Source: an uncultured Planctomycetaceae bacterium (GTDB taxonomy: Bacteria; Planctomycetota; Planctomycetia; Isosphaerales; Isosphaeraceae). Taken from it: DNA of 64,000 nucleotides. Below are positions 52,678-63,181 of the stretch, piece by piece. Below the pieces are notes generated by a model. That model saw only the letters and a list, made by a program, of their open reading frames with translations. It had not been told where the DNA came from and searched no databases. A program made the position numbers and the translations under genes. Positions within the stretch are counted from its first letter, which is position 1. Every line of letters starts with the position of its first letter. The stretch spans positions 1,792,001 through 1,856,000 of the forward strand of contig CAWIAD010000001.1 of the NCBI GenBank assembly GCA_963833985.1, read 5' to 3'.

Positions 52678-52925
52678 GTCCCAATACCCTTAAAACAGAA
52701 TAAGTTGAGTGGAGGCAGCGATCGAGCCAGCGCTGCGGCTGGGAAATGCCTGGGACGCAGAGCGTCGATCGGGCCAGTGCTGCGGCTGGGAAATACCTGG
52801 GACGTAGTGAGTCCAGCCCGGTGTTCCCACGCAGAGCGTGGGAACAAGTTCGCCGCAAGCCTCTTACGCCCTTCGAGTTCCTCGTTCCCATGCTCCGCGT
52901 GGGAATGCCGTCCGCGGCGCTGGCC
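52678..52925. repeat. Degenerate, rearranged copy of the MITE/REP doublet
   Basis: Starts CCCAATACCCTTAAAACAGAATAAGTTGAGTGGAGGCAG, matching the reverse complement of 43960-44000; contains TTCCCACGCAGAGCGTGGGAA. Confidence 0.8.
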
Positions 52926-52957
52926 CAACGCACGCTCCGTCATGGAATCCTATCGGT

Positions 52958-53838
52958 TTACCAGACCTGGAGTTGCAGTTCCAGCTCATAGCCGAACTGT
53001 TGCCAGACGCGCTGCTGGATGTCGTCGATCAGGTGCAGGACGTCGGACGCCCTGGCGCCCGGGTGGACGAAGATGAAGTTCGGGTTGCGGTCGGAGACCT
53101 CGGCCCCGCCGAAGCGGGCTCCCTTGAGCCCGGCCTGATCGACCAGGGCGGTCGCGGAGATATCCGTCGTGGGGTTCCTGAAGATGCACCCCGAGGACTG
53201 GTGGCCATAGGGTTGGTTTTCTTTCTTGACGATCCAGATGCGCCGCATCCGCGCCACGACGGCCTCGGGCTCCTCACGCCGCAGCTCGAACTCCGCGGAG
53301 ACGATGACCGGTTCGTCAAGGTTGGACTCCAGATCGGCGAAGCTCAGATCATCGCGTTCCCGGACCTGGATCTCGCCGGCGTGGTCCAGCACCGTGGCCC
53401 GGCGGACGAACTGGCCGATGGCTCCCTGGCGGCTGCCGGCATTGCCGCGCAGGGCGCCGCCGACGGTACCTGGAATACCGGTCAGCACCTCCAGGCCGGA
53501 AAGGCCGGCACGGGCGCTCTGCGAGATCAAGGCCGTCAGCGGCACGGCCGTCCCCGCCGCGACCACGTTGCCGGTGATGCGGACGTCGGAAAAAAAGGGG
53601 CTTTCCAGGTGGATCACCAGGGCATTCACACCGCCGTCCTGCACCAGGACGTTGGAGCCGCCCCCCAGGATCTTCACCGGCAGCGATGCGTCCCGCGCAG
53701 CTTCAAGACAGCGAGCAGATCCTCGAGCGTCCGCGGCCTGGCGAAATAGGCGGCCGCCCCGCCGAGGCGAAACCAGATCAAGGGCGCCAGCGGCACGGCG
53801 GTGGTGACGACTTCCGGGAGATCGTCGAACGGCGGCAT
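52958..53838 (-). CDS. murB: UDP-N-acetylenolpyruvoylglucosamine reductase (frameshift near 53690)
   Basis: LGGGSNVL, GIPGTVGGALRGNAG, SSGCIFRNP, LELQ. Confidence 0.92.
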
Positions 53839-54316
53839 GGGCCAGACTCCCTGCTCACGGATTCGAAAGAATGCCCCGACAGCGGCACGCCGGCGCAGGC
53901 GGCTCCGGGTACGAGCCGGACTGAGAGAGCCAGAGCGAACCATTCCTCGCTCGCGCTCTCGCCGCTCTGACACCGTTTTGGCCGAGCGATCAAGGCCCGG
54001 CGGCGTGCTCGGCGTCAAGGGCCGCGGCTGACCTTGCCGGCATGCTTCGACTCGTTCCCGATCGGGATGGCGGACCCCGGTTCAAGACGGGCAGACCAGC
54101 GGAACCCGCCGGGCAATCTCAACGGACACGAAGCGGCCGATCTCTCCCCGCGAGAGCACGTTGCCGGAAACCGGCGTCATCGTAGCGGGATCGGACGAGC
54201 TCGTCAAGTCGGAGCACGCCTGCATGTTTAGCCACATCTTGCCACGGCCCCAGCACTTCGATTCAAGCGGCGTGCCCGCAGCCCGTGGCCAGAACACCCC
54301 GGCGCCCGGAGATCAA

Positions 54317-55048
54317 TCAGGGCTGGGCCACCTTGGCAATTTCCTGGGTGCGCCGGCCGTCCAGCTGCCAGCCGCCCCAGCCAGCGGAACGCCAGATCAT
54401 GGCCAGCGTGACGGGTGTCATGGGAGGTGCCGAGTTCTCGGAAGCGTCCGGCAAGCTGGTTGCCTTGCGCACCGTGTCCTCCTGGATACTCACCTGCGCG
54501 ACCACCTCGACCCAGTCCTGCCCGGGCTCCTTGGGCTTGAACGCGGTTTCGACCGCGAGCTTGTTGGTGCCGTTGAGATTCTTTCGCAGTGCGTCACACT
54601 GAGGCCGGAGTTCCACGTACCAGAGATCGACGTCCGTCTCCGTACCGTCGGCCGCAAGCTCCTTCACGGTTCGCAGATCGCCCTCGACCGTGGCCCTGGC
54701 CACCTTGACAACGCGGTCCTGAAGCGTCTCCTTCCGGCCCGCGCTGAAGAACCCGGCCAGGACGGCCCCAAGCAGCACGACCGCGGCCATCACCAGGGTG
54801 ACGGGAGAGAAGAGCCGCCGGGAAGCGCGATCAAACCACTGGTCGACCTTCTGGGTGGGGTCTGGATGGGCGTGGTGAGTGCCGGACGGGTGCGTCTGCC
54901 CCATCGTGGGCGGCTCGCCCAGTACCGATTTTCCGGACTGGGTCACGTGAAAGATCTTCAGGCATTTCCGGCAAACCAACCGCGTCAGAACCTTGTCGTT
55001 GGGAGCACGTCCTCCCGCGCCGCAAGCAGGGCAAGTGATTTCAATCAT
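54317..55048 (-). CDS. Zinc-ribbon membrane protein, hypothetical
   Basis: N-terminal CPAC..CRKC, one TM helix. Confidence 0.75.
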   Translation of the reverse strand: MIEITCPACGAGGRAPNDKVLTRLVCRKCLKIFHVTQSGKSVLGEPPTMGQTHPSGTHHAHPDPTQKVDQWFDRASRRLFSPVTLVMAAVVLLGAVLAGFFSAGRKETLQDRVVKVARATVEGDLRTVKELAADGTETDVDLWYVELRPQCDALRKNLNGTNKLAVETAFKPKEPGQDWVEVVAQVSIQEDTVRKATSLPDASENSAPPMTPVTLAMIWRSAGWGGWQLDGRRTQEIAKVAQP

Positions 55049-55359
55049 GGGAGCTGCCCTCGTTGAAATGTCGCCGGCATCGTCCCTGGGTCGGGCTCGT
55101 GTTTCAAGGCGGGTGGTGTCCGGACCATGCGGTCAAGGCACGGAAGGCCCCGGACCGGACATGGCCGTCGCTGCGTCGAACCGGGTCAATGCCATCAAAG
55201 ACCAATCCTCTATTGCATTTCGCCTTGCATCTATAACAAATTACGATAATCTCTCGCAGTTGGGACCAGGATTCTCCGGCGGAGATCCGCAAAAACAAAT
55301 CCGGGAGAGCCGGATTCGCCGCAGCCCGGTTTCGTCCCTGTACGCGACAGGATGCCGGC

Positions 55360-57636
55360 GTGACTGCATTGATTCCCCGCCGGCTGCTCCATCCCGCATC
55401 CCTCGTCGCCGTTTTAACAGGGCTCATTCTTGGGGGATTGCTTGTTGGGTTCGAGCCCGTGGGCGGCGACCCCGACCGGCTCTATCGGCCCCTCAAGCTG
55501 GTGCTCGCGCGCTTCCTCGCCAGCGGAACGCTGCCATTCTGGAGCGACCGCTTCGGCCTGGGCATTCCACTTCTGGCCGAGAGCCACGTGGCGGCGTTCT
55601 ACCCCCTCAACTGGTTCCTGTACCGGCTCTTCAGCGTCTCCACGGCGTACCGGCTCGGGATGTGGACGCACCATGTCGCGCTCGCCCTCATGACCTATAC
55701 CTATGCGCGGTACCTCCAGGTTTCGCCCCGCGGCGCGATGATCTCCGCACTGGCGTTCGTGTTCTGCGGCTTCCAGGCCATCCACTCCACGCACGAGCCG
55801 TTCTACCTGGCCTTGCCGTATCTCGTTGCCATCCTCCTGGCGGGTGAGTGGTATGTCCGGGAGGGCCGCCGCTCGGGGGTCTTGCTGCTGGCCGTTCTGT
55901 GGGGCTGCCAGTTGACGCTCGGCCACTTTCAATTGCAGTTCTGGACCGCCGCGCTGGTCGTGGCGATTGGAACCTGGAGGATTGTCGCGGACGGACGTCC
56001 CTGGAGCAGGCTCGCCGGCCTGGTGCTGGCCCTGTGCTGGGGCGCCGCGCTGGCAAGCGTGCAACTGGCGGCGAGCTGGGAACTGGCACGGTTTGTCGGG
56101 TTCACGCGCCGGCCCTTCGCGGAGCTGGCATTCTTCGCCTTTCCGCCGTCGCACTGGGCCGAGCTGGCCATTCCCGCCATGGTGCGCGGGATCCCGGGGG
56201 GCGGTGAGGCCCCCTACTGGTACGCGCAGGGAACCTCCGGTTTTGAAGCCTGCTTCTATATTGGTACGCTCCCCCTGCTGCTTGCCCTCGTGGCGGTTGC
56301 GGCAGGCCGGCGCGGCGGGCGGCTCGCTCCCTGGGGCTGGATCATCGCGGTCACGGTGCTGCTGGCCATGCTGCCCCGCGCCTGGCCGCAGGCGTACGCC
56401 TGGCTGCTCGAGGTACCCGGCCTGGGCTGGTTCCGGGCGCCCGGGCGCTATGTCCTGATCTCCAGCCTCGGCCTCAGCCTGTTTGCCGGGGCCGGGCTCG
56501 ACCGTGCGGCCGAGCCGGTGCCAATCCGGCGCGGCATGGCCCTCGCCTGGACCTGCGCGCTGGCGGCCATGGCCTGGACGGCTTACTGGTCGCTCCGGCC
56601 CGAGCACCAGCGCATCCTGGGCGGCACGCGGCTCCTGCTCGTGATCGCGATGGCCGCGTTTTGCTGGGTCGGTGCTTCGGTGCTCTTGCTCGCCTGGCGC
56701 CGGGGGCGGATCGGCTTCTGGCTGCTCTTGCTGGCCACGGCCGCCGAGCTGGGAGTCCTCTACTACACTTCGACGACGGTCTGGGGCTGGGCGGTCCATC
56801 TCCCGGAAGAGAGCGCGGTGCTGGCCCGGCTGGCGGCTGAACCGGACGGCGCTCGGGTCGCGGGCCTCGTCCACAACCTTCCGGTATTCGCCGGCGCCAC
56901 TCCTCTGTTCCCCTACACGGGCCTGGCCGCCCCGCCGCCCCACCCCGAGCTCGAGCTGGCCACGCGCCGGTCGGACGCCTTCTCGGCGGCCGGCGCGGCC
57001 AGGCTGGCGCGCTACGGCACGACCCACGGCATCTGGGATGGCCCGGTCGATCCCTCGAAGGCGGAGATCCTGCTGGAATCTGAGGATTCCGTGCTCGACC
57101 GCGTGGTCTACAAGCCACCGGGCGCTCCCGCCCACCCGCGCTGGAGACTGGTGCGCTATGCCGATCCCTTTCCCACGGCCCGCGCGGCCATCCGGGTTCG
57201 CACGGCTCCTTCCGAGCGTGCCCTGGTTTCGGGGGTGAGCTTTGACCAGGACCGCCAGGCGGTGTGGTATCGCGCCGGCGATCAGCCTCCGCCCGCCCCC
57301 GGGCCGCTGGCCACGACCGCCAGCGTGCTCTCGTGGGATGGCCGCACGGCCGTCGTGGAGCATGACGGGACCTGCGACCTGGTGATCCACCGGACGTATT
57401 ACCCCGGCTGGATGGCCTCGGTGAACGGCCTGGCGGAGCGCCCGGTTGCGCGCGCCGAGCTGGGTGTGCAGTCGGTCCGGCTGGAAGGCCGCGGGCCAAG
57501 CCGCGTCGATTTCGTGTACCGACCCACCGGCCTGCGTGTCTCCTCGGCGATCGCGCTGGCAGCCGGCGCGATGATTTTCCTGTTCGCCGGGTTCGAGGCC
57601 TTCCTGCTGGCAAGGCGGCGCGCCTCGCGCCGATAG
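55360..57636 (+). CDS. YfhO-like polytopic membrane protein (GT-C-type)
   Basis: LPFWSDRFGLGIPLLAE..FYPLN, FRAPGRY, YYPGW.A.VNG, FVYRP. Confidence 0.82.
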   Translation: MTALIPRRLLHPASLVAVLTGLILGGLLVGFEPVGGDPDRLYRPLKLVLARFLASGTLPFWSDRFGLGIPLLAESHVAAFYPLNWFLYRLFSVSTAYRLGMWTHHVALALMTYTYARYLQVSPRGAMISALAFVFCGFQAIHSTHEPFYLALPYLVAILLAGEWYVREGRRSGVLLLAVLWGCQLTLGHFQLQFWTAALVVAIGTWRIVADGRPWSRLAGLVLALCWGAALASVQLAASWELARFVGFTRRPFAELAFFAFPPSHWAELAIPAMVRGIPGGGEAPYWYAQGTSGFEACFYIGTLPLLLALVAVAAGRRGGRLAPWGWIIAVTVLLAMLPRAWPQAYAWLLEVPGLGWFRAPGRYVLISSLGLSLFAGAGLDRAAEPVPIRRGMALAWTCALAAMAWTAYWSLRPEHQRILGGTRLLLVIAMAAFCWVGASVLLLAWRRGRIGFWLLLLATAAELGVLYYTSTTVWGWAVHLPEESAVLARLAAEPDGARVAGLVHNLPVFAGATPLFPYTGLAAPPPHPELELATRRSDAFSAAGAARLARYGTTHGIWDGPVDPSKAEILLESEDSVLDRVVYKPPGAPAHPRWRLVRYADPFPTARAAIRVRTAPSERALVSGVSFDQDRQAVWYRAGDQPPPAPGPLATTASVLSWDGRTAVVEHDGTCDLVIHRTYYPGWMASVNGLAERPVARAELGVQSVRLEGRGPSRVDFVYRPTGLRVSSAIALAAGAMIFLFAGFEAFLLARRRASRR

Positions 57637-57670
57637 AGCCACGCTCAAAAGACGCATTCAGGGCAGCAGG

Positions 57671-58549
57671 TCAGAGCTCATCCAGACCCGCGAAGCCCTC
57701 GGGCTTCTTGCCGTCCAGCCGGGTCCGGCAGCCTTCGATCTGGCCATCGATTTGCTCGCCTCCCTTGCCGATGTACCTGGTCTTCTTTCGTTCTTCTTCG
57801 ACTCTGGAAAGGACTCTCGCGGCTTCCTCGGGGTGTCTCAGGTCGCACAGGACCTGACACAGGTTGCAGCCGAGGATGAGGTTGCTCGGCTGCTGTCTGT
57901 AAAGCTCCCGGAGCATCGTCAGCGCCTCTTCAGGACGGCCCGACCGGTAGTGGATCAAGACCCTGGTCATCTCACAGGTATGCCGGTCGTAACCGCGGCT
58001 GCTGGCCTCTTGCATCATACTCGTCGCGTCGTCCCATTCTTCGCGGAGCAAGTGCACGATGCCCTTGGCGTAAGCGCGCGGGCCGCTCATCCCCCTGGCG
58101 TCGATCGCCTCCTGGATATCGGCCAGCGCTCCCTCGCGATCGCCGGCATTGGCCTTCTCGAGTGCGCGGATCATGGCCCGGTCGTAGGTGCGGAGGATTT
58201 TGATGCCAATCCAGAGCAAGTACAGGGCAACCGGCGTCAGGACCAGCACCACGATCATCCAGCCCGGGAGGGCGGACGGAGGGCGGGCGACGCGCGCGGC
58301 ATGTGGCGGGCGTCTCGCGAGCAGGAGCCAGACCAGGCCAAGAACCGCGAGGAAAGCGACGATGAAGCGGCCTCGAATCATGACCGGAGCGGTTGCGGCG
58401 CCCTTGCCTGAGATGGGTTTCGACGTCGCCGCCCGCCGCGCGGCCTTCCGCTTCTCCCACCAGTAGGAGAACGCCACCAGGACCAGCAGGATGACCGCCA
58501 TCACCATTGCGACCTGCCTGACATCTCCTGGATCGCGCTGCATTTCCAT
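57671..58549 (-). CDS. Membrane protein with C-terminal TPR-like repeats
   Basis: Three hydrophobic segments followed by helical repeats. Confidence 0.7.
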   Translation of the reverse strand: MEMQRDPGDVRQVAMVMAVILLVLVAFSYWWEKRKAARRAATSKPISGKGAATAPVMIRGRFIVAFLAVLGLVWLLLARRPPHAARVARPPSALPGWMIVVLVLTPVALYLLWIGIKILRTYDRAMIRALEKANAGDREGALADIQEAIDARGMSGPRAYAKGIVHLLREEWDDATSMMQEASSRGYDRHTCEMTRVLIHYRSGRPEEALTMLRELYRQQPSNLILGCNLCQVLCDLRHPEEAARVLSRVEEERKKTRYIGKGGEQIDGQIEGCRTRLDGKKPEGFAGLDEL

Positions 58550-58574
58550 TGCTCCTCGGCAATACGGATCGGAT

Positions 58575-61275
58575 TCAGGCAGCCTGTTGTCGCTTCGGTA
58601 TCAGAAGATCGAGCAGGAACACGCCGGATCCCAGCACCAGGCAGGCTCCGTGTTCCCCGAGCCCGAAGCCGGACCCGGGGACCGTCAGTCCCAGCTCAGC
58701 GCCCGCCAGGGCAATGCCCGCTCCAAGCAGAGCCAGGAAGCCCGTCCGCTTGCGTGTCGACCGCAGCGAGAGCAGCAGGATCATGGCCGCGCCGGCCAGG
58801 CTCATCCCGCGAACCGTCTGCCATGGTCCCGCCGGCAGCCAGTCCAGCTCGAGCGGCTCCTGCAAACGCCGCCAGTCGATCGGAATCTTCCAGCGCAGCT
58901 CCAGCAAGATCTTCGGGTCGGCCGAGACCGAAGCCCTGTGCCAGACCTGCCGCACGTGCTCGGCCTGTTCCCGCACCTGGCCAGCGGTGATGATGCCCCG
59001 GGCGTCGAGCCAGACAGCGAGGAGTCCCAGCAAGGCGGCCGCCATCAGGAACCTGAGGCCGCGGCCCAGCACCAGGCCGGCCCAGGCGTCGATGCGGCGA
59101 AGGAATGTGCCGGGCCGCGGTTCGTGCGGCTCGAGGACCGGCTCGGGTTGCCGCGCGGCATGCTTCAGCCGGTCCAGCAGTGGCGGACCCGGGCCGCTCG
59201 CCTGGTCCGCTCCCGCGCCGAGAAGTTGCTGCTCCTCTCTCCACTGCACGATGGTGAGCATCATGGCCTTGGCCACGCGCTGAGCCCTGCGGCGGGCCGT
59301 GAGCAGGTTCAGCCCGCCGGCCTCCAGCCTTTGCTCCTCGACCCATTGCACGAGCCGGGCGTGATGCCGATCGCGACGCGCCTCGAGGCACCGCTCCAGG
59401 AACCGGCAAAACGCCTCGCCCGGGCTGCCCCGCGCCAGAACGCAAGGCCGGTGGCCGGTTGCTGGCGGTACGGTCCGGAAGGGCCATTGGCCTCTGGACC
59501 GAAGAGACGTTCCAGAAGCTGACGCCGGCAGGCGCCTGCCTGGCGCGACACCTCGGCGCGGAGTGCCACCTCGTCGTGGCCGCGAATCCGCAACAACCTG
59601 ATCTGTTCAGCCAGAGGCGCAAGCCGCTGTGCGCGCTCGGCCGCCAGCGGCCGATCCAGGAAATGCAGAAACGCCCCGGCCAGGCCGGCAACACAGATCA
59701 GCAGGAACCAGGGAAACGGCCCGCCCCAGACGGACCAGGCCCAGAGCAACCCCGCGGCCGCCAGCAGCGAGATGGTCGCGCCGCGCGGCCCCAGCGCCGG
59801 CAGCAGCTCGCTCGCCAGGCGGAGCCAGGGGGCACCCTGCACGACGGCCGAGGCGGTCAGCGTCACGATGGCGGTCACGGCGCCGAAGCCAAGAATCCCC
59901 AGCGCCGGCCCGCCGAGACCCAGGCCAAAGTGCAGCAGGGCACTCAAACTGCCCAAGACCGCTGCGCTCAGGACAACGACCCAGGTGCGCAGCCGCCGGC
60001 GCGGCGAAGAGACCAGGTCGCGTGCGGCCTGCTGGACGGCCTGGCCCAGGTCCTGGAGCTGATCGGCGGCCTGCTGGGTCCGCAGGCCAAGAGCCGTTTC
60101 CAGGACGTCGATCACGACGGCCATGCTGGGATAACGCTCCTGGACGCGCTTGCCCATCATCGTGCGGATCACATCCGAGAGGGCCGCCGGCAGGGCGGGA
60201 ACGTACTCGCGGGGCGGCACCGGCTCTTCCTCGCTGTGCCGGCGCATCAGCTCGACGGCGTTCTCCCCGGGGAACGGTAAGCGGCCGGTCACGAGCTGGT
60301 AGAATGTGACCCCCAGCGCGTAGACATCCGCGCGCGCATCGCTCGCCAAGAGATCAGACGCCTGCTCGGGTGCCATGTAGGCGGGCGTCCCGGCCGCGGG
60401 ATGGATGCGGGCGGAGGCGTCGCTCCCGTCGGCCCTGGCCGCGCCCGCGGACCTGCGCTCGCCCCGGCGAGCGTTCTCGCGCGCCTCCAGTGCCGCGGCC
60501 AGCGAGGGCGTCATCTCCAGGCCCAGGTCATCGACCAGCACCCGTCCGTCAGCGCCGAGGAGCAGGTTCGCCGGCTTGACGTCGCGGTGGCAAAGACCCT
60601 GGCGGTGGGCGGCGGCCAGCCCGCGGGCGGCCTGGAGCACCATCACACCGGCCAGGTGAGGGCTCAGTGCCCGCCGCGACTCCAGCGCCTCGGCGGCCGA
60701 CCTGCCAGCGACGTGAACCAGGGCGGCGTGCTGAACACCCTGACCGCCGCCCAGCGCTTGCAGTGGCACCAGGTTCGGGTGCCCGACCTGGGACGCCGCC
60801 AGCGCCTCGCGCGTGGAATGGGCCAGGAAGATGGGGTCGGCCGCTCGCTCCACCGCAAGCAGCTTGATCACCGACCGCCCAGCCAGGGCGAGCCGTTGCG
60901 CCAGCACCACGCGCCGCGCGGTCCGTGGCCCATGAGCCTGAGAACCACGTAGCCTGCGAGCAGCCTGGGGATGCCGGACGGCAAGGGCGCTGGCCGCATT
61001 GACGGTGCTTCGACCTCTCCGGGCGACACGGGCCAGTCCGTGCCCGCGTTGTCCGGCGCGGCCGCCGCCGGCGCCGGTCCCGGTGCCGGGGTCCCGAGGG
61101 GCACGGGAATGGCGACCAGGCTGTCTTGCAGGCCGCTCACGAGGGGTGCGGCCCCTGCCTCCGGGACAATGATCTGAAACGGCCGTTCGCACCGCGGGCA
61201 CATGGGCGTGAACCGTCCCGGCCGCAGGTCCACGACCCGGATCGGATGCCGGCAGACGGGACAGTCGATGAGCAC
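58575..61275 (-). CDS. Ser/Thr protein kinase with N-terminal zinc finger and C-terminal TM segments (frameshifts near 60915 and 59350)
   Basis: CPVC..CPRC; HPNLV, HRDVKPAN, DLG, GTPAYMAPE, DVYALG. Confidence 0.85.
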
Positions 61276-61318
61276 GAGGTCGATCTCCGGCGGGGAATCC
61301 GTGAGCCGTGTCGCCGGC

Positions 61319-62362
61319 TCAGGATCCCCACGTGCCCTCCACCATCGTATGATCGCGCGCTGAGCGGACCGCGGCCTCGAGCACCCGCACGACCTCGCGG
61401 GCCTCCTCCGCGGTGACCGCCAGCGGTTCGCCGTGCAGGAGATGCCCGGCAATGTTGGCGTAGTACCGGTCCCAGTGCCCGCGGACAGACGGAATGCGCG
61501 TTTCGACGACCTCGCCCGACGGATCGGCCGTGCGCAGGATCCCCTGATGGCTCTCGGGCTCCCGGGCCGCGTCGATGTCGCCGTTCCGCATCGCGTCTTC
61601 CTGAGGGTCGATGCCAAATTTCACGAAACCGCCGGCGCTGCCCACGATCCACCACCTCGGCCGGTCGATCCGGCAGACCCGGCTGGTCTCGGCCTGGAAG
61701 AGGGTGCCGTCGAACTCCATGACGATCCGCCCGTGGCCCCCGCTGTCGATCCCTTCCCAGGGGCCTTCCAGTACCCAGGCCGCCAGCCGGCGGCACGGTC
61801 CCAGGCCAAGCTGGAGCGCATGGTCGACCAGGTGCGCGCCCCAGTCGTGCAGGATGGTCCCGCCCTGTTCGACCGACCCGCGCCACGAGCGGGGCCTGGA
61901 ATGCCGGCAGACCGAGCTCTCGAAGAGCAGGGGCCGGCCCATGATCCCCTGCGCCAGCAGCTCCTTGATGGTCAGGAAGTCCCAATCCCAGCGCCTGTTG
62001 TGGAACACCGAGAGCATCTTTCCCGAGCGGTCGCGCGCCGCGATCATGGCGTCGGCCTCGGCGCTTGACAGCGCCATGACCTTGTCGACGACGCAATGCC
62101 GGCCGGCGTCGAGCGTGCGGACGGCCAACTCGGCATGCGAATCGTGCGGCGTGGCGATCACCACCAGCGCCGTGGCCGGATCGGCGAGGGCCGCATCCAG
62201 GCTGGCGAAGCCCTGAACCTCCCAGAGCCGCTCGGCCTCGGCCCGAACCGTGGGATCGCGCGCGACAATCCCGTGCAACTTCAGCTCCGGCTGGCGGCGG
62301 ATCAGGGGGCAGTGAAACTCCCGCCCAGCCAGCCCATGCCCGACCACGACCGTTGAAATCAT
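61319..62362 (-). CDS. Gfo/Idh/MocA-family oxidoreductase
   Basis: VVGHGLAG, ATPHDSH, VVDK, FHNRRWD, DWGAHLVD. Confidence 0.93.
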   Translation of the reverse strand: MISTVVVGHGLAGREFHCPLIRRQPELKLHGIVARDPTVRAEAERLWEVQGFASLDAALADPATALVVIATPHDSHAELAVRTLDAGRHCVVDKVMALSSAEADAMIAARDRSGKMLSVFHNRRWDWDFLTIKELLAQGIMGRPLLFESSVCRHSRPRSWRGSVEQGGTILHDWGAHLVDHALQLGLGPCRRLAAWVLEGPWEGIDSGGHGRIVMEFDGTLFQAETSRVCRIDRPRWWIVGSAGGFVKFGIDPQEDAMRNGDIDAAREPESHQGILRTADPSGEVVETRIPSVRGHWDRYYANIAGHLLHGEPLAVTAEEAREVVRVLEAAVRSARDHTMVEGTWGS

Positions 62363-62532
62363 CGTCCTGGCTCCTGACGGAGTAGCCCTCATGCCGCTCT
62401 TCCGAGCATACGCGAGGCGGTCCTCGGTTGCATGTCGTCTTTGAATCCGGGCCCCTTGCCACAGGAGCCAGTGTGTCGTACCCTGAGCAGGGCGTCTTCA
62501 GCAGGTGCTTGCTGGTTTGCGTGGAGCCACGA

Positions 62533-63141
62533 ATGAATGCTTCGCCTGATCCTGGTGGTGGCAGCCACGAGACGAGCGCTCCGGACGCGACGCGCGCCGG
62601 TACAGCGACGGTGCTGGGCCATGGGGGCCAGAGCATCACCTACCAGGTGATCGAGCGCCACCTGGCCAAGTTTCGAGACGGCGCGGCCGCGTTGCGCGAT
62701 CTTTTCAGCGATCCAGCACCGGGGGCCGCTTCATTTGCGGAAGCAGACGCCCCATTGCAGGACGTGGCCGCGGCAGCCGGGCCGGAAGCCGGCAGTTCCC
62801 TGGAGCGGCACATCGAGCGGCACATGGCGACGGTCGATCAGGTACTGCGGCAGATCCGGGAGCTGAACCCGGACCGTCGCAAGAAGATCGAACTGGCGCC
62901 GGAGGTCCGGGAGCAGATCGCGACGAAGGAGCGGACGATCCGCGACATCGTCGGTGCCGAGCTGCATTTCTGGGCGGCCACGGTCGAGCAACATCCGCTC
63001 GAGAAGTTCGATCCGATCGAGCAGTCCTGGCTGCGCCGGATCCTGGCGCTTGCGGATTTCCTGGGCGTCGATCACGACCATGAGGAGTACCTGCGATTCC
63101 TCACGGAATGGGCAGCGCACGGGGAATCCGGAATCGGGTGA
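62533..63141 (+). CDS. Hypothetical helical protein
   Basis: Clean ORF with genome-like codon usage; no motif recognised; start uncertain. Confidence 0.6.
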   Translation: MNASPDPGGGSHETSAPDATRAGTATVLGHGGQSITYQVIERHLAKFRDGAAALRDLFSDPAPGAASFAEADAPLQDVAAAAGPEAGSSLERHIERHMATVDQVLRQIRELNPDRRKKIELAPEVREQIATKERTIRDIVGAELHFWAATVEQHPLEKFDPIEQSWLRRILALADFLGVDHDHEEYLRFLTEWAAHGESGIG

Positions 63142-63181
63142 CTCGAACCTGGCAACCGGGTCAGCGGCCGGGTCCGCAGCT

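Noticed and set aside
53850..54310. Possible small gene or ncRNA upstream of murB
   Set aside because: No ORF with a convincing RBS or motif and no recognisable RNA family
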